Part shown: in pieces, positions 56,503 to 64,000 of the stretch
Position numbering within the stretch: the stretch's first letter is position 1
Layout of the letters: every line of letters starts with the position of its first letter
Assembly: GCA_963724765.1 (NCBI GenBank)
Contig: CAVRVY010000003.1
Span: forward strand, 928,001 to 992,000
Direction of reading: 5' to 3'
Origin: an uncultured delta proteobacterium
GTDB taxonomy: Bacteria > Desulfobacterota > Binatia > Binatales > Binataceae
DNA length: 64,000 nt
Notes under the pieces: model-generated
What the model was told of the DNA's origin: nothing
The model's input: only the letters and a program-made list of their open reading frames with translations
Databases searched by the model: none
Program-made: the position numbers and the translations under genes

Positions 56503-58293
56503 TTGGACAGCACACGCCAAATCATCGTCTTCGTCCTGCTGATCATCGCGGCCATCTTCTACACCGATTTCATCCGCTGGGTTCGTCCGCCGAAGGCACC
56601 GATGGGGCAACAGACTGCGCAACCGGCTGGCGGCGCCTCGCCTGCGTCCCCGGGCAAGCAGGCCGCGGCGGGAGCGGGCGGGAGTTCGCCGATGTCGACT
56701 CCCATGTCGTCCGCGATGTCATCCCCGATGTCGTCCCCCATCTCGTCACCCGTGTCCTCTCCGATTTCGTCCGCTGGATCGACGGCGCAGGCGACCGGCG
56801 GCGTGCCGGAACCCGAGTCGCTGATCCCGACGACGATGAGCGCGAGCCCGCCGCGCGCGGTCGAAGTCGACACGGACCTCTATGAGGCCACTTTTACGGC
56901 CAAAGGCGCGCGACTCCTGAGCTTCCGGCTCAAGCGCTATCGCCAGACCGTGCGCAAGGACAGCCCGCTCTACGATGTAGTCGTGCAGGGCGAGCGCCTG
57001 CCAATGGGCCTGATTGTCAACCGCGGCGACAAAATATTCGGCGACTCCGGGATCGACTACATCACGGACGCGCCGGCGCAAGTCGAAGCCGGCCCTGGCG
57101 CCGACACCACGGTCACTTTCACCGCCGATACCAAGGAAGGACTCAAGCTGAGCAAGCGCTTCACTTTCCGCAATGGAAGCTACCTCTATGATATCGACGC
57201 GGAGGTAGGCGGGGCGACGCCGGACGTCAAGGCCATCGGATTCACCATGAGCCAGCCGCTGACCGAACGCGCGCCGGAGCAGGGTTATCGCGATTACCCG
57301 GCGGTCCAGGCCGACGTCGGCGGCAAGGTCCTCAACGAGTACCAAAAGCAACTCGAGAAGGGACTTGCGCCGGCCGAGGGCGACATCGCCTTCGCCGGCA
57401 TGGGCGACCGCTATTTTCTCTCGGCCTTCATTCCCAAGGCGCCCACGAAGGGCGAGGTGCGGATGGAGTACAGCGAGGGCGAAGCGCGGGCGGAAATGCT
57501 ATTTCCGGGGACCCTCAAGGCCGCGACGGCAGTTTACATGGGACCCAAGCAGCTCAATCTGCTGGAGGCGGCGAGCCCGAACCTGAGCAAGGCGATCAAC
57601 TTCGGCTGGTTCGGCGTGCTCGCGATCGTTTTCCTGCGTGCGCTCCAGATACTCCATACGATCGCCCCCAACTACGGCTGGGACATAATATTGCTGACGC
57701 TGGCGGTGCGGCTCGCGACTCTGCCGGCATCGATCAAGGCCCAGCGCTCGGCCTTGCGGATGCAGCGCCTGGCGCCGCAGGTGGAGAAAATCCGCGCGAA
57801 ATTCAAGGATGATTCGACTCAGCTCAATCGAGAGATGATGGAGCTGTACAAGCGCAACCACGTCAATCCGCTAGGCGGATGCATCCCGACCGCGATTCAG
57901 TTCCCAATTCTCTATGGACTTTACGAGGCGCTGCTCAATTCGATCGAGTTGCGCCATGCCCCGTTCGTCGGCTGGATCAGAGACCTATCCGCGCCCGACT
58001 GCCTGCCAATCGCGTGGATGCCCAAGGTGCCCGGTATCGACTGTCACGGCCTTCCGATCCTGGTCCTGCTGATGGGCGTCAGCACATTCCTGCAGCAATG
58101 GATGATGCCGAAGGCCGGCGACCCCAACCAGCAGAAGATGATGATGTGGATGCCCATCTTCTTCACCGTGCTGTTCATAGCTCTACCGGCTGGGTTGTCG
58201 CTCTATTACTTTGCTTCCAATCTACTGGGTATAATTCAACAGTTCTTCCTGAACCGGGAATTCAAACAATACACCCCAGTTGCCGCAGCATGA
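56503..58293 (+). CDS. yidC: Membrane protein insertase
   Basis: NYGWDII, NPLGGC.P, PF.GWIRDLS.PD, LPAGLSLYY. Confidence 0.95.
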   Translation: MDSTRQIIVFVLLIIAAIFYTDFIRWVRPPKAPMGQQTAQPAGGASPASPGKQAAAGAGGSSPMSTPMSSAMSSPMSSPISSPVSSPISSAGSTAQATGGVPEPESLIPTTMSASPPRAVEVDTDLYEATFTAKGARLLSFRLKRYRQTVRKDSPLYDVVVQGERLPMGLIVNRGDKIFGDSGIDYITDAPAQVEAGPGADTTVTFTADTKEGLKLSKRFTFRNGSYLYDIDAEVGGATPDVKAIGFTMSQPLTERAPEQGYRDYPAVQADVGGKVLNEYQKQLEKGLAPAEGDIAFAGMGDRYFLSAFIPKAPTKGEVRMEYSEGEARAEMLFPGTLKAATAVYMGPKQLNLLEAASPNLSKAINFGWFGVLAIVFLRALQILHTIAPNYGWDIILLTLAVRLATLPASIKAQRSALRMQRLAPQVEKIRAKFKDDSTQLNREMMELYKRNHVNPLGGCIPTAIQFPILYGLYEALLNSIELRHAPFVGWIRDLSAPDCLPIAWMPKVPGIDCHGLPILVLLMGVSTFLQQWMMPKAGDPNQQKMMMWMPIFFTVLFIALPAGLSLYYFASNLLGIIQQFFLNREFKQYTPVAAA

Positions 58294-59492
58294 GCGAACC
58301 TAACGAAGCGATCGAGGTAGCCGCCCCCAGCGTCGACGAAGCGATCAAGCAAGCGCTTGACCAGCTGGGGGCCTCCGAAGACGACGTCATTATCCAGGTG
58401 CTGAGCACACCGCGCTCCGGCGTGCTCGGACTGGGCGCTCGGCAGGCCCGCGTGCGGGTGGAACGCCGCGCACCTGAGGGGGCGCGAAGCGGTGTGATGT
58501 CACCGCCGCCCGCACCGCCGCCTCGCCCGCGCCCGCCGACAGAACCCACGGCGGCAAGCGCGGCCGGCACAGGTGCGCCGGGCGGCGGATCGCGTCCGGC
58601 ACCGCAAAGATCGGCTGGCGAACAGTCTTCAAGCGGCCGGCCTTCGGCCGAGTCCTATGAGCGGCCCGCGCCGCCGCGATCATCTCCGGCAACGCCGCCG
58701 CCGCGGCGACGCGATCAGGAACGCGACCAGCCGCCGCCAGCGCGGTCGTCAGGTGGTAACGCGGAGCGGCGGGTCGAGGCTTCGACGCGGCATGAAGAGA
58801 GCGCGGGCGGGGACGACGAGGGCGACGCGGGGCGCAAGACGGTAGGACTCGACGACCAGGTCCGTGAAGCCACTGCGATCCTGTCACAGATCCTGCAGCT
58901 GATGGGCGAGCGGGGCGAAATCACCACCACCGAGGAGGACTCGGAAGGAATCGAACTGGCGATCAAGGGCGATGGCTCGGGACTTCTCATCGGACGTCAC
59001 GGTCAGACCCTGGATTCCCTGGAGTACCTCGTCAACCGCATCCTGGCGCGGCAGGTCAAAGACGCCGTACCAATCACGATCGATACCGAATCCTACCGCG
59101 AGCGCCGGCGCCGACAGCTTCATCGCATGGCGCTGTCGATGGCCGAGCAGACCAAGCGCGAGCACGTATCTGTCACGCTCGATCCGATGCCGCCGCGCGA
59201 CCGGCGAATCGTGCATCTCGCGCTCAAGGATGACCCGCTGATCACGACTCGCTCGACCGGCGATGGCTTTTTGCGCGTGGTCGAGATAATCCCGGTCGGC
59301 GAGCGCCGCGAAAGCGGTGGCACCCGCGGCCGACCCCGTGGCGGCGGCGGCGCTAGCGGCGGCGGCGGTAGCAGTGGGGGCGGCAGTGGTCGTGGGCGCG
59401 AGCGCGAACGTGAACCGGAGCCTCAGCGCGAGCGCGATCAGCCGATCGGCCAGCAGGGCGGCTTCAAGCACGGCCAGAAACGGATGTTCTAG
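58290..59492 (+). CDS. jag: RNA-binding protein Jag/KhpB (Jag_N, KH, R3H)
   Basis: SVDEAI, LLIGRHGQTLDSL, RRIVH. Confidence 0.92.
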   Translation: MSEPNEAIEVAAPSVDEAIKQALDQLGASEDDVIIQVLSTPRSGVLGLGARQARVRVERRAPEGARSGVMSPPPAPPPRPRPPTEPTAASAAGTGAPGGGSRPAPQRSAGEQSSSGRPSAESYERPAPPRSSPATPPPRRRDQERDQPPPARSSGGNAERRVEASTRHEESAGGDDEGDAGRKTVGLDDQVREATAILSQILQLMGERGEITTTEEDSEGIELAIKGDGSGLLIGRHGQTLDSLEYLVNRILARQVKDAVPITIDTESYRERRRRQLHRMALSMAEQTKREHVSVTLDPMPPRDRRIVHLALKDDPLITTRSTGDGFLRVVEIIPVGERRESGGTRGRPRGGGGASGGGGSSGGGSGRGREREREPEPQRERDQPIGQQGGFKHGQKRMF

Positions 59493-59617
59493 TCCATAAC
59501 CTGCGGCAGCCTAAGCTTCGACCCTTTCCCGATGCGGGAAGGGAGTAAACTTGATGCGGCAGCAGATGGCGGCGCGTGGCAAACGCGCGGGCGCGGGTCT
59601 AAAGATCAACGTGACGA

Positions 59618-59654
59618 CGGCACCGGACGCGTGATGATCGCGTGTCCGGTGCCG
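59618..59654. terminator. Hairpin between convergent jag and ferredoxin
   Basis: CGGCACCGGAC...GTCCGGTGCCG. Confidence 0.55.
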
Positions 59655-59702
59655 CTGTCGATTCGGGCGCTAGCTGGCCGGCGTTAGTGAGACGCGCGCC
59701 GC

Positions 59703-60062
59703 CTAGGCGTTGGGATCGAGTCCCCACTTGCGTTTGTTTTCGGCGATCTGGTCGGAGGTCGGATGTTCCGTCTGGGTGAAGGTCTTCACTTTGAACTGGT
59801 CGGCCAGCTCCAACGTGGCGTGGTTGAGCGCGATGTCGTCCTTGAAGACCTCGGGGGTCGCCGGCTCCTCGAAAATCGCCTGCCATGGGCATTCGGGCTC
59901 GCACGCGCCGCAGTCGATACATTCGTCGGGGTTGATGTAGAGCATGTTGGGGAAGCGCTGTTTGTCCTCGCCCACATACTCGTAAATGCAATCGACCGGA
60001 CACACGCTGACACATCCGGTGTCAACGCAGTCTATGCACAATCGGGTTATGGTCCAGGGCAT
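59703..60062 (-). CDS. Dicluster ferredoxin (FdxA-like)
   Basis: [29 protein letters not shown]. Confidence 0.92.
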   Translation of the reverse strand: MPWTITRLCIDCVDTGCVSVCPVDCIYEYVGEDKQRFPNMLYINPDECIDCGACEPECPWQAIFEEPATPEVFKDDIALNHATLELADQFKVKTFTQTEHPTSDQIAENKRKWGLDPNA

Positions 60063-60281
60063 GTTCCGTCATCCTCTCCTGTCGGGCAGCAGCGCCTTCA
60101 AATTATAACGGCCGCAGGGCCGCGCTGAGAAGCCGCCGCACCCATGGCCTTGGCTTTCGTTCAGGCGCAACTTCTATAGCATAGATTGACCCGCCGCAAG
60201 AAAGAAACGGCACCTGCCTGCGACGGCGCCGCGCCAGCGGGTGCGAGCGCCGGAGGCGGCGTTTGTGCAAGGAGGAACGCG

Positions 60282-60701
60282 ATGGAGATCAACGGGGTCG
60301 CGCATGTGATGCTCACGGTCAGCGACTACGAGGCCTGCCTGCCGTTTTACGAGAAGCTGCTGCCGTTTTTGGGCTTGACGTTCGTGGTCCGCAAGACCGG
60401 CTCCCAATTCTATTGTATCGGCGGCCGCACCGGGATAGGCATCCACAAGGCGCCGGAGAAATATCGCAGCGAGCGTTTTGTCCAAGGGCGCGCCGGATTG
60501 CATCACGTCTGCCTGCGCGCGAGCGAGCGCAAAGACGTCGACGCGGTCTACCAGTTCCTGCTCGGCATCGGCGCCACGATCATCCATCCGCCCGACGAGG
60601 GCACGTGGGCCGCGGGCTATTACTCGGTGCTGTTCGAGGACCCCGACGGCATCCGGCTCGAAGTCAATCATATCCCCGGCAAGGGCTTGCTCGCCGAGTA
60701 G
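60282..60701 (+). CDS. VOC/glyoxalase family protein
   Basis: HVMLTV, GLHHVCL, FEDPDGIRLE; RBS AAGGAGG. Confidence 0.88.
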   Translation: MEINGVAHVMLTVSDYEACLPFYEKLLPFLGLTFVVRKTGSQFYCIGGRTGIGIHKAPEKYRSERFVQGRAGLHHVCLRASERKDVDAVYQFLLGIGATIIHPPDEGTWAAGYYSVLFEDPDGIRLEVNHIPGKGLLAE

Positions 60702-60754
60702 CCGCGCTAGCGCGCGCGCAAACTTCGCGACGGCCTGGGTAGCGCCGTCCCCTT

Positions 60755-60786
60755 CTAACCCTCTCTTTGTCCAAGGAGAGGGTTAG
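60755..60786. repeat. REP-like CCCTCTC/GAGAGGG palindrome (related one at 59522-59543)
   Basis: CTAACCCTCTC-10nt-GAGAGGGTTAG. Confidence 0.6.
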
Positions 60787-61119
60787 GGAGAGGTCCCGCG
60801 ATCGGATTCACGACCCGCTCGGAGTGCCCGCGGCCGAGCGCAAATAAGACAGACCTCTCCCGCGCCCGGCTATACGAAGCTCTCTTCATAAAAACGAGCG
60901 GACGGACGCGCGGCCCCCCTGGCTGCGCGTCCGTCGCAGCGGCGGACGGGTGCGTCCGAGGCTTCGCGCGTCTACCACGCTGGCCAGCACTCGATGCCAG
61001 GAGCCGCCACCGTTTAACAAGCAGATCATACGGTCTTCGCAATCGAATGCATATTCGCCGGTTATGTAGCTAGCGCCAAATAGGTTGGCCGACAAATTTT
61101 AGGAGAAACGGAACATACG

Positions 61120-62772
61120 ATGTACACCAGACATAAGTTTTTCAGGCAAGTGGTCTCGACCGCTACAGCCGCGGCGTTCGTTCTCCTGCAATTGGGAACG
61201 ATGACGGCCGCCACTACTGCAAGTGCGGGCGGCTTTCCAACCTCCACGCCGATAAAACATCTCGTGGTTATCTTCCAGGAGAACGTGTCCTTTGACCACT
61301 ATTTTGGCACCTACCCTAATGCGCTGAATCCGCGCAAAGAGCCTGCCTTTCATGCGCTGGCAAGTACCCCGGTCGTCAATGGGCTGAGCGGTATCCTGTT
61401 GACCCAAAACCCCAACCTCAATCCGGCCAACAACGAGTCGGGTGATCATAGTGTTGCGTCCAATCCGTTTCGGCTGGATCGGTCCCAGGCATTTACCGCC
61501 GATCAGGATCACGATTACACTCCCGAACAGATGGCCTTCGATCATGGTCTGATGGATCTGTTTCCGCTATCCGTCGGAACTCCTGGAACGCCGCCCGAGC
61601 CTCCTCCTTCGCAAGTCACCACGACGGCTCTGACGATGGGCTATTACGACGGCAACACCGTCACGGCGTTGTGGAACTATGCACAGCATTTCGCGATGAG
61701 TGACAACTCCTACGGCACGACCTTCGGTCCATCGACGCCCGGAGCGATCAACCTCGCTGCGGGTCAGACCAATGGAGTGATCACAGATCTTAACCCAGGC
61801 GGCGCAACGATCTCTGATGGCAACGGTGGCCTTACGGATATTGGCGACGCCGATCCGGTGGGCGACGTGTGCTCGACCACCAGCGGCGAAACGCTGAAGT
61901 TCGGAGGCACCAATATCGGCGATCTTCTCACCGCTCAAGGGATCACCTGGGGGTTTTTCCAAGGTGGCTTCGACCTTACGATAACCAACGAGAATGGGAC
62001 GACGGGATGCAGCCGCAGCACCACTTCGATAGTCACGAACACCAAAAAAGCCGATTACATCCCGCACCACGAGCCATTCCAGTACTACGCGTCGACGGCC
62101 AACCCGACGCATGCGCGGCCCAGCTCGGTCATGGCAATCGGGACCAATAGCGACACGGCGGCCAATCATCAGTACGACATTCATGACTTCTTCGACGCGG
62201 TCAACGCGGGCAACTTTCCCGCGGTGAGTTTTCTCAAGGCTCCGGGTTTTCAGGACGCTCATGCCGGCTACTCCGACCCGCTGGATGAGCAGAGTTTCAT
62301 TGTCGAGGTGATCAACTTTCTCCAGACGCAGCCGCAATGGAAAAACACGGCGGTCGTGATTTCCTATGACGACTCGGACGGATGGTACGATCACCAGATG
62401 CCCCCGATCATTAACACCTCCAGCACTGCTGCCGACGCCCTTACCGGCACCAATGCTTGCGGCAGCGGCGTGACCGCGTTGCCCGGCATCAATCCGGCGA
62501 CCACGCATGCGCAGGGCCGATGCGGCCATGGTCCGCGGCTTCCGCTGCTGGTCATCTCACCCTGGGCGAAGGTAAACTTCGTCGATAATTCGATCACGAA
62601 TCAGACCTCGATAATCCGATTCGTGGAGGATAACTGGCTGAGCGGACAACGTATTGGTCAAGGATCTTTCGACGCTGTGTCAAATTCGATCACCAATATG
62701 TTCGACTTCACGAAGATGCATCCCGACAATGCTCTTTTCCTCGATCAGGACACTGGCGAAGTAGTCCCTTAA
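61120..62772 (+). CDS. Secreted phosphoesterase (phospholipase C/acid phosphatase family)
   Basis: IKHLVVIFQENVSFDHYFG, FGPSTPG, YDDSDGWYDH, GPRLP. Confidence 0.9.
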   Translation: MYTRHKFFRQVVSTATAAAFVLLQLGTMTAATTASAGGFPTSTPIKHLVVIFQENVSFDHYFGTYPNALNPRKEPAFHALASTPVVNGLSGILLTQNPNLNPANNESGDHSVASNPFRLDRSQAFTADQDHDYTPEQMAFDHGLMDLFPLSVGTPGTPPEPPPSQVTTTALTMGYYDGNTVTALWNYAQHFAMSDNSYGTTFGPSTPGAINLAAGQTNGVITDLNPGGATISDGNGGLTDIGDADPVGDVCSTTSGETLKFGGTNIGDLLTAQGITWGFFQGGFDLTITNENGTTGCSRSTTSIVTNTKKADYIPHHEPFQYYASTANPTHARPSSVMAIGTNSDTAANHQYDIHDFFDAVNAGNFPAVSFLKAPGFQDAHAGYSDPLDEQSFIVEVINFLQTQPQWKNTAVVISYDDSDGWYDHQMPPIINTSSTAADALTGTNACGSGVTALPGINPATTHAQGRCGHGPRLPLLVISPWAKVNFVDNSITNQTSIIRFVEDNWLSGQRIGQGSFDAVSNSITNMFDFTKMHPDNALFLDQDTGEVVP

Positions 62773-62807
62773 CAGTATAGAGCCAAGCGGCGCTGGAGAG
62801 TCAGAAC

Positions 62808-62837
62808 GGCGGGGTGCGGCTAATGCCGCACCCCGCC
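62808..62837. terminator. Perfect 13-bp hairpin after the phosphoesterase gene
   Basis: GGCGGGGTGCGGC-TAAT-GCCGCACCCCGCC. Confidence 0.65.
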
Positions 62838-62951
62838 GCCGCCTTGAATACCCGACGACGCTGCGCTCCTTTTCTTCGCGTTTGATCCGCGTGTATACCC
62901 GGTCTGCGCCTGCAAGGAGCGCGCGCATAAATTCGCCATCCAGGAACACGA

Positions 62952-64000
62952 ATGCCGATCACCCGACGGGAGTTTCTTAAGCAGGGCAGCCTGATTGGCG
63001 CGGCGCTGATGCAGACTCGCAGCCGGGCGCGCAAAGCTGTGTCGGTTCGACCCGCGCTCGATCCAAATACGTTGGCGCACTTTGTCGATCCATTGCCAAT
63101 CCCTGCAATCGCCCGCAGCCGCGGCTTTCGGTCCACTCCGGCGGACCCGCAGGTTAAACTTCCCTACTACAGGATTGAGATGCGGCAATTCGCAGCCAAG
63201 CTGCATCGCGATCTGAAGCCGACGCAACAATGGGGCTACGACTCAGCCGTTCCCGGCCCGACGTTCGAGACCCACAGCGGCCAAGGATTGATCGTGGAGT
63301 GGGTCAACCTGCTTCCCGACAGGCACTTTCTGCCGATCGATCACAACCTCCATGGCGCGGAGGCCGACAAGCCGGAGGTCCGCGCCGTCGTTCATCTTCA
63401 CGGCGCCTGCGCGCCGCCCGAGAGCGATGGCTATCCCGAGCACTGGTTCGTCCCGGGCAAGTCGATGCTTTGCCACTACCCGAACCGGCAGGACGCCGCG
63501 ACGCTCTGGTATCACGACCATGCGATGGGAATTAACCGGCTCAACATCTTTGCCGGATTGATGGGCGTCTTCGTCATTCGCGACGAGGTCGAGGCGGCGC
63601 TGAATTTGCCCAGTGGCAAGTATGACATTCCGATGGTGATCTACGATCGGATGTTCGATCTCGAGGGGCAGCTCTACTATCCGGTCTCGGGAACTCCGGG
63701 AGCGCCGTGGATTACCGAGTTCTTCGGCGAAACGATGCTGGTCAACGGCAGAGTCTTCCCTTACCTCGAAGTGGAACCCCGCAAGTATCGCTTCCGTGTA
63801 CTCAACGGCGCCAATGGGCGATTCTTCCATTTGTCGCTCTCCAACGGGCAGCCGTTCCATCAGATAGGTACCGACGCCGGGCTGTTGCCTTCGCCGGTCG
63901 AGCTTAAAAGCCTGCTTCTCGCACCGGCCGAGCGCGCGGATATCGTCGTCGATTTCTCCGCGTATGGCGGTCAGCCGATTACGGTCAAGAGCGATGCTTT
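62952..64000 (+). CDS. Tat-exported multicopper oxidase (CotA/bilirubin oxidase-like), runs off window end
   Basis: TRREFLK Tat motif; FVDPLPIP, HLHG, WYHDH, LVNG..PYLEV..RKYRFR. Confidence 0.92.
   Translation, partial: MPITRREFLKQGSLIGAALMQTRSRARKAVSVRPALDPNTLAHFVDPLPIPAIARSRGFRSTPADPQVKLPYYRIEMRQFAAKLHRDLKPTQQWGYDSAVPGPTFETHSGQGLIVEWVNLLPDRHFLPIDHNLHGAEADKPEVRAVVHLHGACAPPESDGYPEHWFVPGKSMLCHYPNRQDAATLWYHDHAMGINRLNIFAGLMGVFVIRDEVEAALNLPSGKYDIPMVIYDRMFDLEGQLYYPVSGTPGAPWITEFFGETMLVNGRVFPYLEVEPRKYRFRVLNGANGRFFHLSLSNGQPFHQIGTDAGLLPSPVELKSLLLAPAERADIVVDFSAYGGQPITVKSDA

Overview
High-GC bacterial chromosome segment. The gene content and a small secreted-protein family suggest Candidatus Binatota/Binataceae; this is an inference, not tested. 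Most of the window is housekeeping and metabolic genes: amtB, ilvE, pcnB, rlmD, large NAD-glutamate dehydrogenase, nagA, riboflavin synthase, and the mnmE-mnmG-rsmG-parA-parB block with two parS sites. That block lies back-to-back with rpmH-rnpA-yidD-yidC-jag and no dnaA is present. The main accessory feature is a ~12.9 kb island integrated in tRNA-Val(CAC), bounded by a 49-bp att duplication at 8176-8224 and 21055-21103. It resembles a decaying phage satellite. It has a primase-polymerase/D5 helicase, two excisionase-like HTH genes, an RHH regulator, an integrase reduced to fused N- and C-terminal stubs, arm-type repeats, a TerS-like gene, a protein with a phage-scaffold-type C-terminus, two HPD/J-like proteins and cargo separated by a repeated hairpin. 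It has no recognisable capsid, portal, TerL or tail genes. Other notable signals are an in-frame TGA at a conserved Cys of a YkgJ-family protein (possible selenoprotein), a nested-stem leader upstream of ilvE, a TetR palindrome before a diiron protein, and a vapC relic at the origin-cluster rearrangement junction.
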